Origin: Azolla caroliniana
Taxonomy: Eukaryota > Plantae > Polypodiophyta
Length of the DNA: 64,000 nt
Direction: 5' to 3'
Assembly (NCBI GenBank): GCA_043228905.1
Contig: JBHGNT010000021.1
Location: 7,006,001 to 7,070,000, forward strand
Under the pieces are notes generated by a model. The model saw only the letters and a program-made list of their open reading frames with translations, ran no database searches and had not been told where the DNA came from. The translations under genes were made by a program, and so were the position numbers. Position 1 is the first letter of the stretch, and each line of letters opens with the position of its first letter. Shown piece after piece: positions 1 to 12,280 of the stretch.

Positions 1-710
1 AATGTGGATCCTACTCACATGACAACATTTTGGAAATGGCTATGGGCTATTAAAATTCCAAAGAAAATTATTCTATTTAGATGGTTGATTGTTAATTATG
101 CGGTTCTTGTTAGGGCTTGGATGTATTGTAAAGAAGTGGATAAGATGTGTGATTTTTGTGGGTTAGAAGTGGAGTCTCTTCATCACCTATTTTGGTCATG
201 TATGGTTGCCAATTTGGTTTGGAAAAGATTTTTACGTCTCTTGCATGAGGTTTATGGCTCTAGAATATATAAATGGGGGGCAGTTATGTGGGCTAATATT
301 AAGGGTGAGGTACAAGATTATGAAAAAGAAAATGTTAACTTTGCATTATATACAAGAGGTTGATATGTTGAGGAAGTGTCACCATATGTGCCTATTAATT
401 CAGTCCAAAATGGCGTGGTTTTGGAGACGATTAGTTCAATAATCATATGGGTTTTGTGGACTAGTAGATGTCGAAGGATATTTCAGCAAATTCAATGGAA
501 TGTTGTGGATGTAGTTAAGGAGATTTGGATGACCTTAGTGCATACACTAAAAGGAGAATATGATGCTATCAAAGGTGATCCAGATGTAGTCTGTCGAAAG
601 CAAGAGGTTTTTAAGAAGAGAAGGGAAAGGATGGAGGTATTATGCATGGTTAATGATGGTATACGTTGGAGGTATCAGGCACCACTCTAGGTATTTCCTC
701 CACCGACATG
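1..710 (+). mobile_element. 3' end of a decayed L1-type LINE ORF2 (zf-RVT zinc-binding region and C-terminal tail)
   Basis: ORF 4-363 has W..KIPKKI..F.W and C-x2-C...ESLHHLFWSC (zf-RVT pattern). ORF 376-690 continues in the same frame after an internal stop (IIWVLWTSRCRRIF...EIWMTLVHTLKGEYD). Confidence 0.8.
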
Positions 711-779
711 AGGCATGTGTCAATGTATAACTATTATTATTTATGCTTTGGGACATACATATGTCTATAACAATCCAAG

Positions 780-1476
780 AGTAGTTGAAAGGGACTATGC
801 TGAATTTTGTGACCTATATTTTTACCTTGAAGGCATGCATAAGCCTAAAAGCTATTAGAAGAGGGCAAGAAATCCATAATGAGATCATTGAAAGGGAGCT
901 TGATTCAGATCTGTGTCTTGTGGCTATTCTAGTTGATGCATATGCTAAATGTGGCATTTTTGAAGATGTTATTGCACTCATCAGACTACTATCAGCCAAA
1001 GACAATGTATCGTGGAATCCGTTTATTTCTGGTTATATTGAGAGCTTGTCGCATCACTGGATCTTTAGATAAGGCCCGAGAAATACACGATGATATTGTA
1101 AAAGCAGGTTTTCATATGGTTCAGTCTATTAGAAATAGCTTATTGATGCATGGGAAATTCATACAGATATTGTATGTAAGATATTTGAGGACGAACATTT
1201 TGTTGGTAACAGTTTGGTGGATTTGTATGCTAAATGGGGCTCAATGTTTGAATCACAGCATGTTCTCACTACAATATGTAGTCATATTGTTGTTTCATGA
1301 ATTGCCCTAATTTCAGGATATGTGGAACATGGACCTTCAGTAAAGGAAATGAACTATTTTGAAAAAATGCAAGTTGAAGTGAGAGATTGTGGCAATTTGA
1401 AGTCAAGTATTATTGGACAAAAGATACATATCCAGATCTTATTGGCAGGATATGAGAATGATAGGTTTATTGCTAG
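780..1476 (+). pseudogene. degenerate PLS-class PPR gene fragment
   Basis: PPR motifs NFVTYIFTLKAC, GQEIHNEI, LVDAYAKCG, DNVSWNPFISGY, LRACRITGSLDKAREIHDDI and GQKIHIQI are spread over several frames with stops and frameshifts; no introns seen. Confidence 0.8.
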
Positions 1477-1924
1477 TGGATGGCATGAATATAATTGGCA
1501 TGGCATCAATAAGAGATGTTATTGCGAGTGTCAGAATCCTAGTGTTGGGTGCATTTGTAGCTGGTTCACGAGATCTGCCTTTCAATTTGCAAGGTTACAC
1601 GGTGGTTCTACTATCAAATTTGCAAGGTAAAACAAGTGGGCTCAACAGTCTTGGTCTACTTGGTGTAATGGTATGATTTGTGGACCCATATTGGCAGTAC
1701 GGGCAATTTTAAATGAAGATTCAGAGAGAACCATGAATTTTCTTCGAGTGTCTGAAACAGGGTTTCAACTTGTTGTGTTGGCTTCATGTATTTTGACATT
1801 CTTCTTGAATTATACAATCTTTTTGAAGACAACACTTAACTCTCCCTTAACTCAAACAATTTGTGGGAATCTAAAGGACTTCTTTACTGTTGTATTTGGG
1901 ACTATATGCATCTTGCAAGCTTAA
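1477..1924 (+). pseudogene. intronless fragment of a nucleotide-sugar transporter (UGNT1/At4g32272-like), probable retrocopy
   Basis: LGAFVAGSRDLPF..GYTVVLLSN, GKTSGLNSLGL, ICGPIL and LASCILTFFLNYTIFLKTTLNSPLTQTICGNLKDFFTV match this transporter family from memory. Frameshifted, with an internal deletion. Confidence 0.7.
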
Positions 1925-1959
1925 AGGAAAGTGAATAATACAAAGGTACTAATTGATGA

Positions 1960-2151
1960 TAGAGGTGAGGAATGGAAATTTTGGTGGAAAAGAGAAATAC
2001 AGAGCCATGGATGCATGCATATTCTAGCAGCAAAACATACACACAGAAAAAGAGAGCCAGAGAAGTAATCGTTTTCAAAAAATTGTGAGGAATGGAAAGT
2101 TTGGAGGAAAAGAGAAATACACGGCCATGGATGTATGCAGATTTTAGAAGC

Positions 2152-2205
<54 letters not shown>

Positions 2206-2240
2206 GAGCCTTAGATGCATAAGTAATCGTTTTCAAAATT
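1960..2240. repeat. ~120-bp tandem duplication with a (CA)n microsatellite in the second copy
   Basis: gtgaggaatggaaa..ttgg.ggaaaagagaaatac..gccatggatg occurs at ~1965 and ~2085; (CA)n at ~2155-2198. Confidence 0.85.
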
Positions 2241-2249
2241 GGGTTTGTT

Positions 2250-3480
2250 TGTGGGCAAATTTCTCTCTAAGATAGTGATTTTGGCCTTCAAAGGGAAAGG
2301 TCATCAAAGTTCTTCTATGTAATGGATAAATCAAATAGAAATCTTCCTATCTCACTTAAGAAAATGATGGTTGCACTCTCAACAAGGCTATGTAGAGTAC
2401 GGTGTTCATGACGAGGCACTAAAAATGCTTTGATCGAATCAGGCAAGAAGGTATCTTGCCAAAGGATATCACTTATCTTTGGCCCATTCTCGGATGATCT
2501 ATAATTGTTGAGATGGCATAGCTTATATTCTATTTGTATAATGCCCCTGGCCACTTCAATTTTAATACCAATGGAGAATATTTAAAAAAAGAAGAAAAAG
2601 ATATATGCCATTTAGTATTACAACACATTATAGTGTTTACCTTGCCATATCTCCGCTAGTGAACAAGTTGAGATAACATTGGTTTTGTACTATCATGTTG
2701 TTTTAATACAAACATAAGATTGTGTCTTACCTATAGAGGTTGTCTGTTAAATGAAACATTATAATTGGCAATAATGATAATAGTTAGGGTGTGTACCTAA
2801 TTAAGTGTGGCATTTATTACTTTCAATAAAGTTGATGATTCCCTATAGTTGGTGAAACTATGGTTGGACCAACTACTCTTATTCACTAGGTTGGCAATTT
2901 CACCAATCAATTTGCCTTGAGCCTAATATTTTAGCGTTATTTCTTATCATACTAGCTAAATTAAGTCCGATTAAATCCTTTCATGTTGTTTTGTCAGATT
3001 TTAGAGAAAGGTTTAGAAATTAATTGGCAAAGTTCACGGTCTTGGGAAGGATTAATCTACCATAAATTGCAAACACCAAGCATGATCAACCTTAAGTCAT
3101 TCACACTAGAAGCAGTCTCCATCCAATATTCTTAGTCCTTTATTCAATGCAATAAACAATTAATTTGGGCATTAGAAGACTCATGGTCATAGCATGCTTA
3201 TTCCTTGTCAAGAGTTGTGACATTAACTTATCTTCATATCTTTACAAAATGACAACTATGGAATATTACAAATATGGTTGACATGATTGAACCCAACATT
3301 TTTTTTACAAGGCTTGTTGTTAAATCACAAATTCCCAACCATACATACTAGTATGTTTAAGTCAATTTTAAAAGCTCACCAAAATATGTTGACATCCTCA
3401 ACAATGACATCATAATGTTTCACAAGGTCTTCAATGTCTTTATAACACTAACTCAAGCTTCAATCCAAAAAAACATCCTA
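2250..3480 (-). mobile_element. heavily decayed L1 LINE (endonuclease to early RT region)
   Basis: Minus-strand remnants resemble INATLI.L.P (~2800), DQSAF.P (~2430) and LD..K.FD (~2310); many stops. Confidence 0.45.
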
Positions 3481-3533
3481 TACCGAGTGTGAAAGGTTGA
3501 AAGAAGTATAGGAAGAAGTTTTGGTGGCTGAAA

Positions 3534-4545
3534 TGTTGAAACAAGTGTGGAGCCAGACGTAACAATCAACAATGGTTTGGTTTGAACCGAATCGAACTGA
3601 ATTGAACCGAACTGTGAAACCACGGCTTAACGGTTTAAATGGTTTGTTTAGGTTCAAGTTTTTTTAACAGTTCAGTTTGGGGGATGAATGGTTCAGTTCG
3701 GTTTGGTTTAGTTTGGTTTCAATGGTTAGAAACTATGGTTTAAAGGTTTTCTAATTTTTAAATTTAGAAATAAAAATAAAATTTGTTAACTTTTTTTTTA
3801 AACAATCTTTTCATTTTTAAGCTTAATTCTCACATTTTAGGAAATTTTAAATTTTTTTGAAACATTAAAATTAAAATAATGAAAAAATTTTAAAAATTTT
3901 AAAAATGAATTTTGACCTAAGTTGAAAACCGAAACCGAACCATGAAACCGCAGTCTTAATTGTTTAGATTTTTTTAACGGTTCAGTTAAAACGGTTTCAT
4001 GGTTTGGTTTGTTTTGGTTCAAGTTTCAAAAATTTTAAATGGTTTTGTTTCAAACCAGTTCGGTTTTGACACTCTCAAACCAAACCAAACCAAACTTTTG
4101 CTGATTGTTAGCCGGACGAAGTGTGAAAGTGGTGGATAATCGAAGCCGAATAACTGATTAAGTGTGAAAGCCGAAAATATTAATATTATTGCCGGAAATA
4201 TGTATAAAGTAGAAAATGTAAATAGTAGGCAGTTATAACAATCAATTATAAACGGTTTGCCGAAAGGCAATGTAACTGCTTCCATTCTTTCCTATATAAA
4301 GGGGCATGTGTATGGTACAAGTGGAGGAAGTTTAATATAGAAATATCTTTTGAGTATAGTGTGTCTATTGTGTCTGTGTTATTTTGAGTTTATAATTTAA
4401 GCGCGGAGTGCAGAGCCGATGGGTTGTAGCTGTCTCGAATAGTTGTTGTATAGTGAATTAGAAAGAGTCAATTGAACATAAGCTAATCAGACAAAGTTAG
4501 TGAATAGCTTATTTGTTTATAGATCGCTTGTTGTAAATTTCAATA
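3534..4545 (+). mobile_element. possible solo-LTR-like remnant hosting the MITE
   Basis: Ends TGTTGAAAC...TTTCAATA and a TATA-like ctatataaagggg at ~4292. No matching TSD found, so the boundaries are uncertain. Confidence 0.35.
3560..4110. mobile_element. non-autonomous hAT-type MITE with AAACC/GGTTT subterminal repeats
   Basis: TIR TAACAATCAACAA / TTGCTGATTGTTA; 8-bp TSD GCCAGACG (3552-3559) / GCCGGACG (4111-4118); AT-rich core. Confidence 0.8.
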
Positions 4546-4699
4546 CCTCCGACCACAATCTTTGCTGAAGGATATTTAATGATTAAGTATCTGACTCGTG
4601 TTTTACCATGAGGATAGAACATTGTGAAAGTAAAAAGGATGTCTTGACTCATTTCCAGATTATTTTTGAGTTCTTCAGGAATTGGGGGCTATGGTTCAA

Positions 4700-5200
4700 T
4701 TAGAATGTTCAGAATGATTTCATTTTTGATTTGCATGTGAGAATGAATGAAGCCTATATGCCATGACAACCCTATGGGACATGAATGCCCATTGTTACAC
4801 CAACATAGGACATAATTCTATAATTGTTGTAAGGCCTTCATGATGGATATTGTTGAGAACTATTAGAGCCGCCCAAATGCAAACAAAATTCATACATAGA
4901 ACACCCTACGTCATGTTCTAGGGCCCCACACACAATTTCACTTATTATCCTACCCCAATAAATATTGTTGCCTTATAATGCATCACACCTCTAGATCTTG
5001 GGTGCTTCACAATATTTATGTGATGAGACTTATGAGGAGGGGGATAACCCTTGTAACAATGCATGATTCTCCCATTATATGGAAATAAATTGTTGACATC
5101 TATCCCATGTACATGATGGGGAACGTTACACGTGACCATAGAGGGATATCTCCAGATATTATGCATACACTTGAAAATCATGTTTTAAGTCAAGGTTTGT
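4700..5200 (-). mobile_element. decayed LINE reverse-transcriptase remnant
   Basis: Minus strand has a QG.PLSP-like segment at ~5035-5062 and a LGVP-like segment at ~4900; badly degenerate. Confidence 0.35.
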
Positions 5201-7093
5201 TTAATGTAAGTAATTGTGCCACTAAGCAAATGCCAATTGAGTTCACTATCACATTTTAGGCACGCAACAAAACAAATAAGACAACACTACACCCCAACAA
5301 CTTGCACCTCATTGGTGGCATGGTTCCAAGGAGAGGCTACATGTTTTGGTTGTGATCATGATCATTTAGTATTCAATTGCCTTGAGAAGAAAGGGAAGGT
5401 GAGTGCGCACTTGTTAGCTATGGTATCCTTTCAATAGGAAGACAAATAGTCACAAGGGCCCAAAGCATAACTCAAATTTTAATAAAACGCGAGCAAGGCA
5501 TGCAAACCACCATTAACAGGGAGAGGAAGAGGAAACAAGATCCTTACAACAATAGACATCGCCTAAACACATATCATCCATATCCAAATCTCTAGTATGG
5601 TGGTAGTAAAATTCCCTCAACAATAAAGGAAGCCCAACAAGATATAATCTACAACCTCACTTATGAAATTTGATTCAACAAGAGCATATGAGACCCCTTA
5701 ATCTGATTTGTCCCATAAGTGAAGAGTGCATGAATGAGGTGGAAGACAAAAAAAATTTGATCCCCATGACACAAAATCTAGGAGCTTTGGACATCAACTC
5801 AAACCTGTTGAACAAATCTTAGCTAGATTGGTGGAGCTCATTTAGGAAGTTTCGAGATTAGACTCCCAATCTTGGCACAATGCACTTTGGCAAGTACTTG
5901 AGGGGCTTGAGGAAATTTTGAGGTATGGGCAATCCCACACATATCATCCTCTAAATTGTGGCAATTGTAGACCTTAGTGGCTACACCATTCAAGTTCTAT
6001 TACAAGCTTGACATTTCTTTTGATGATAAATGATTGAACCGGAAAAGTACAGAACCAACCACACCTCATGTCATACCACACCTCATCCTTCAATATTGAC
6101 CCACTCCACTTATCGTGCATACATCGACCGCGTCATTGACTTGGTGAGTGGCCCCTGAAACACCCCTCATTGAACCCTCAACATTTGGACAGAACCTCCG
6201 TCAAAACCATTATTCCCAATCATATCTTGCTCCTACATGGTCCCTTTGAGGGCCACATGCACATACACAACAAAAAGCGAACCTTATGCCACTTTCCTAC
6301 ACACATTGATGACGACAACTTAAACACGGTAATGGATACGATCACAATGATGTCGATCCTCTCCAATCCCTAAATGCAGATTCTTACATTCGTACTAACC
6401 TCAACCCCAACCACTTTCCTACACACAAAGATGATGACAACCGAAACATTGTGATGGATACGATCATGAAATATGTCAACCCTCTATAGTCCTCAATGCA
6501 GGCTCTAATGCTCACACTAACCTCACTCCCATCACTACTACTGACACTGACACTGACACTAACGGTGACGCTGACACAGACACAAACACAAATCACTCTA
6601 AAACACTCTCCTTTTTCCCCATTTCCACAACACTCGATCACAAATATGCCCCCACCCACTGTCAAAACATTCTCACATTGTGTTTGATTGTCGACGCTCT
6701 ATAACGAACGATTGGCATCATTTGTATTTAGCAGAGCCTATTGAATGAGATAACAGCCTCTCTCATTCATCTGCAGCCCGGATAGCTACTACTATGCCTC
6801 ACCACGGCCGGATTTGAACCTCCAAGACCTCCTTCTCCTCTTCTTTCTTGTTCATGGCCGGATTCGAACCCAAGACCTCCTCCTCCTATTCTACTTGTTC
6901 TTTTTGTACAGTAAAAGAAAAACCCTTTTATTTAGGAAGAAGACAACCCATATACAGAGACAGACAGACAGACAAACAGACAGATAGACCAGAAGGAAGA
7001 AGAAGAAGAAGAAGGATCATCGGAAGAATCAGAAGAATCAGAAGAATCAGAAGAAGAAGAAGAAGAAGAAGCTTCAAGGAGGAGGAGGAGGAG

Positions 7094-7281
7094 ATGCATC
7101 TGTGGCCTTCTGCTCGCCTGCGTACATTCTTCGGTGCTAGCAGCCTCTCTCGCTACGAATCCTATCAACAACGACAGTATCAACAACAACACGCTTCTTC
7201 TTCTTCTTCTTCCATTTCCTCTTCTTGCTATGGTTTCCTGCGTTCCATTTCCAGTTCTTTTCTCTGCTGTCTTGGATTAAG
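7094..7281 (+). CDS. exon 1 of a small plant protein starting MHLWPS (uncharacterised; downstream exon not located)
   Basis: GA-rich 5' UTR. ATG 7094 reads MHLWPSARLRTFF...SSSFLCCLGL, followed by the donor AG|GTAT at 7281/7282 and a (CT)n intron start. The N-terminus and the Cys pair resemble a small conserved angiosperm family (from memory). Confidence 0.6.
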
Positions 7282-7282
7282 G

Positions 7283-7284
<2 letters not shown>

Positions 7285-7339
<55 letters not shown>
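7285..7339. repeat. (CT)n microsatellite
   Basis: Direct observation. Confidence 0.95.
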
Positions 7340-7341
<2 letters not shown>

Positions 7342-9905
7342 GTCTGTCTGCGTAGCTCTTTCTCTTTATCTTGCCGTCTCTCTGTATTTACATCTTCGTT
7401 TTTTTTCCCCCTTTTCCGGTTCATTCCTAATTTTCTTCTTTCCCTCTTGCCTGATTTTGCAGCGATTGAACACATTATCGCTTCTTTGCGGTTGAAATGG
7501 AAGGAAGATTTTCATTTTTTTGCACCATCTACAACATGAAAGAAAGCTTTTTTAAAGCTTCTCTTTCCGTGTGTTTCGAGTATCAAAAGACTACAGTGAA
7601 CATGGAAAAGAAGATCATTGTTATTGATGTTTCTTCTATCTCTTCCTCGTCTGATTTCTCAAGCATCAAATGGCTATGATTGAAATGAAACCAAGTTTTC
7701 TTCCTTAAGCTTCAAGTAATTGATCGGCTACACTGTTGATCCATGCAGAGAAAGCCTGTAAATACGCAACAATGGGACATGCTTCTTCATCCTTGTGCCA
7801 TTTTATGTATAAAACAATCTTTTTTGTAACGTGCCATTGAAACATGGATTAAATCATGGTATTTGTTTTGTGAAGATTTTGTTAGACAGTTATTGCTTCT
7901 CTTCAAAGTTGAAGATCAATATTTTCATACGCCTTAATGTTGTTTGCATCTATCAAATTTCTTTATGACAGGTTAATAAAACAAGTACATGCCTATTTTG
8001 ATTTACTCTGATGCAAACTTGAGGTATTGTTTTATGTTTGCTGATAAAACTATTCTCTGAAGATTCTTATGTTTCTCTGTATGTAGCGATTTTTTGTCAT
8101 GAAATTGATTTTATGCTTGACAAGATATCAGCGAGGTTTGTCTTTCTCTATGTAAAGCTAGATTTTTGACAGAAGATTTTATTTATATTTTAGGATTGTT
8201 GTAGGCTTCTCAACATAAAACTAGAAATTTCATTACTTTTTTGTACATCAAAACGAAAATTCTTGTATTCTTATACATCAAATCAGTTCATATTCAAAAC
8301 GTTGGTGAATTTTCCAGTAGGTAGGGTATTTTAATTTGTTGCATTGTTCTGAGTCAGCAACATGATATATGTGTCTCTGCATAAACTAGATTAGTCAGGA
8401 TATTTATATGGATAAAATGAGTTCATAGCTGAACTGTTGCCAACAGTCTTGATTAACATGTTAGGTTCTTTCAAATGATTAACCCGAAATAAAACCCAGT
8501 GTTTCTACCTGTTACTCTTGATTTAGCGTATTTTTTGTACCATTATCATTGCCAAAATGTTTACTCCATGATTATTTCACATATCCTCAAGGTAACTTCC
8601 TGTTATTTGTGTTAATAGCTTTTTGTGGCTCATTTGTAATGTCAAAATGCTTGTTTTTTGTGCTTCTGGATGTTGTTTATTTTGCATGATATATTTGGTT
8701 CCTCCCACTATTCCTTACTATTTGTGGCCCGAGATGTCCTCCATTTGCTCAGTATAGTTGACTACAACTGTTCCTTCATTTTCTTGCTGTGGTTGGTTAA
8801 CATGTAGCCATGTAACTGAAGGCCAAGGCTTGGCAAGCAATGGGAAGATAATTGTGGTGTCATGGTGAACAACGTATTCTTCTGAGAGTGTGGGAAGTTT
8901 TGATGCATGTTCCATCTACCCCTTGTGGAGGAGCCCCCCCTCCACCCCCCTTGCATTCAATAAATTACTTGAGAAGATGCTTTAAAGAAGGTGGTTTATA
9001 CCTCAATTATTTTCTAGGTCAATGGTTTCTATGGGTGATTGGGGTCTACCCATCTAGAATTTGGCTTTGACTCCATGTATACTTTCTCAAGGAGGCCGAG
9101 TGATTTGACTTGAACCCTCCTTGGAGTTTCTTGAGTTTCTTGATTTATTTATATGTCTGAAATTCTCTAGACATGATATGTATTTTTCTTGAAGGATGAT
9201 CTTAGAGATGTAGGCACTAGTTTTAGAATTAGAGGTGAGTTGCTCACCATCAAAGAAACACGTGGTCTCTGACCTTGATAGATATTTACTTTCTTTGCAT
9301 CAGCTTATGTCCAATAAGCAAGGTCTTTGCTTAAAAGACCCTTGGAGTTTTGTGATTTATATAGTTCTTTGAATTCCTAATTTCGACCATATTTCAGTTG
9401 ACCATTTTGGCTTGATCAAGTGAAGCAAGATAAGGAGAAGGTTATTGCAACAATTCTGGAAGTAAGGAATTCATCCACTTGTTAGTTCCAAATTCCAATT
9501 TAACCTTTCTAGCATATGTACACTGTGTGTGTGCGCGCTTGTGAGCATGTTCATGATTATTTAGGTTAAGGTTGTACTTAGCCAAGTTTCCATATTGGGA
9601 TTGATGTTAAAGTGTCTTTAACATTGGAGTAGACGGTATCTTAGCATTTTTGTGTGAGTGGATTCATTATTCACATATACATGATTAGGCGAAGGCTTTA
9701 ATTTAGCAAGCTACCATATAAGGACTAACGTTTAAGTCTATAGCATTGGGCTCTATATGATATCATATATCTGTGAGCTAGATATTATTATTTTTCTTGT
9801 TAGTATCTTTATGAATACATATTTTTCCATGCCTATGTATGTCGTACCGAACGAGGCTAATTGCCTGTTATGGAACAACATTGGAGGAAAGAATGAAGAA
9901 ATAGA

Positions 9906-10408
9906 TGTCACAGACATGACAACAGTCACGTCAAGTTTTGAACTCATTGACCTCTTGACATATATAATCAAGTGGTGTGTTCTAACCAACACATCCAAAT
10001 ATATGGTCATGTTATGTATATCTTAATAGATTATTGGTAAATTATCTATTTCAAGTTCTAGGAGTTTATAGAAAGTTCTAGAACTAGAAGGTTCTAGAGG
10101 GTTCTACAGTATTCTCCAAAATGTTCTAATGCATGTACTTCGACTCACAGTATAAATACTTGTAACTTCCTTGGTCCTTGACACATCAATCTAGTATTCT
10201 TGTTTAGCCCCATCGTCTCTCCTTCATTTACATCTTTGTTTTTATGCTCTTGTATTTGTTCCTAGTGTCTTAAGTTCCTCATCTCATTGCTCCTAACCTC
10301 TCAAGTTTCTAGCCTCATCACGTCGAGTTCCACGTTCGTAACCTTATCGGTCGTAGCCTTGTCATCTGTGCTTTGTTGTCGTAGTCTAGCGTTCGTGTGT
10401 TCGTGACA
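9906..10408 (+). mobile_element. solo LTR
   Basis: Termini TGTCAC...GTGACA, perfect 5-bp TSD ATAGA (9901-9905, 10409-10413), TATAAATA at ~10151. Confidence 0.85.
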
Positions 10409-10559
10409 ATAGATAGGAAGTCGAAAGAAGAGAGCTCAAAGAGCTTTGGAGGAGGTGGAAACACTCATGTCAATTGAAGAAAAGGAGTCGAATAACCTCA
10501 ATGTTGAGGCTGAAACCTCTGCATGGGTATAGTTCCATGTTTTGCTATTCTAGTTCTAA

Positions 10560-10800
10560 TATATGCGTGAGGTTAATTTACCAAAATGGTGAAGCAAAAG
10601 GGCTTTGAATGAGTAAGAAAACCTGCTAAGTGTATGCCTGTCATTCAATGTAAACATTGCCACCATGTATTTGTTGGTGGCCCCTTCTAAATTAGAGCTC
10701 ACTTATTGGGCTTGAAAGGTTTAGGTGTGGACAAATGCCGTCGAATTGATGTTGTCATAAAAGCTGAAGTATTTAAAATGGTATCTGATATTAGTTGTGC
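10560..10800 (+). mobile_element. hAT transposase relic (BED zinc finger)
   Basis: QCKHCHHVFVGGPF*IRAHLLGLKGLGVDKC matches the plant hAT BED-finger pattern. An acidic stretch at ~12860-12990 may be the same element's C-terminus. Confidence 0.6.
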
Positions 10801-10899
10801 AAATGTTGATGCGAGTGTGGAATCATCAATGGAATGCAATGCTGAAAATAGTTGTGCAAATGTTGATGTGAATGTGGAATCATCAATGGAATCATCAGG

Positions 10900-11640
10900 C
10901 TATGGAACCCAGAGAACCGGAAATTGATCCGACGCAGTGACGTAGTCTTCAACAAAGATTCTATTCTCTTTGAGAGGAACCAACAGAAAATAGTTGGTAG
11001 GCGACAGTGGAGGAAAGTCACCTCGTATGTTGACTGAAGAAAAGCCTATATGGCTTAAAACAAGCGTCAAGGATGTGGTACCAGAAGTTCGATTCCTACA
11101 TTCAACAACTCGGCTACATCCGGTCCGACTCCGACCCATGTCTATATACTCAACAATTGGCCGACGAGTCTTGGATCTATCTAATCCTATATGTCGACGG
11201 CATGTTGATTTGCAGGAAGCTACCAAGCCGAAATCGGAAAGCTAAAATGAAGCGTTCACAACAAGTTTGTTGGTGGAGTGGCGACAATGGTTCGGGTGGA
11301 AAGGTTGGGCGAGCTCAATGTGGAGTCGGCGACGGGGAAGAAAGTCACCTTGTATGTTGACTTAAGAAAAGCCTACACGATGCCGAGGATGTGGTACTAG
11401 AAGTTTGATTCTCACATCTGATAGCTCGGCTACAACCGGCCCGTCTCCGACCCATGTCTATATACTCAACAATTGGTCGACGAGTTTCGGATCTATCTGA
11501 TCCTATAGTCGAGGACATGCTGATTGCAAGAAGCAATCAAGCCGAAATCGAAAAGCTAAAACAGAGCCTTCATGACAAGTTTGCGATGACAGAACTCCAG
11601 TGTGCCGTTTATGTAGCTCCAATACCCTTGGTCGACTAGG
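10900..11640 (+). mobile_element. internally deleted and duplicated Copia pol fragments
   Basis: GKLIRRSDVVFN (integrase end) is followed by LYGLKQASRMWYQKFDSYI..LILYVDGMLI (RT). The RT block is repeated at ~11330-11590. Confidence 0.75.
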
Positions 11641-11883
11641 TATTGGTTCATCTTGTATTCCCAAGATGAAAAATTGTTCTGGTCTAGCTTTTCATTAGGG
11701 AGTGAGCTACCCATTTGTGTGTTCATGTTGATGTAGTGTCTTCCTTTTTGGTTTTTATTCCTTCGATCACGTACACGTGCTATGTAGCGGCACTATGGTA
11801 GTGGATAACCGAAGTTGTCGTCGGTGTCTTGAACACACAGTCACAATGAATCGGGTGGGCTTAGTGGATATGCTAAACCACAC

Positions 11884-12280
11884 GCTCTAATACCATGTTA
11901 ATAATTAGATAATTAACTAAAGTTTAATTGGTGTCTAATTATGTGAGTAGTTAATCATGTATGTGATTAAGCTGTCAGAACCAAGAGAAAAGATAGTGAC
12001 AGAAGAAAGATATAAACATATCACAAGAAGAGAGGAATGAAATCATAAGAGAAGAATTAATGTATTAGATAGGATGAGAATGAATACAAGATAGGTGATG
12101 AGAGCTTTAAGACTGGTGTTAATTCGAATTGGTTTGAGAAGAATTGTATGTCTATATTTATAGGTTCCTGTAGATTAGCCTAGAGATTTCTATAATGTTC
12201 TAGACCTAGAATATTCGAAGATGTTCTCAGATATTCTAGAATGTTCTATAGTATTTACAATAATCAATGTATTACAAGAA
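11884..12280 (-). mobile_element. 5' LTR plus tRNA-iMet PBS of a truncated minus-strand retroelement
   Basis: gctctaatacca (reverse complement of TGGTATtAGAGC) abuts TGTTAATAA. Minus-strand TATAAATA at ~12153. The far LTR boundary is approximate. Confidence 0.5.

Noticed and set aside
5340-5390. CFGCDHDHLVFNC zinc-knuckle-like motif as a gene
   Set aside because: Isolated, with imperfect spacing, amid LINE debris; probably an ORF1 relic.
6806-6885. Functional tRNA gene
   Set aside because: Only a B-box-like motif; the T-stem does not pair and there is no cloverleaf.
6848-7539. 215-aa and 104-aa ORFs with poly-R and SLSL runs
   Set aside because: Translations of (GAA)n and (CT)n tracts; only 7094-7281 looks coding.
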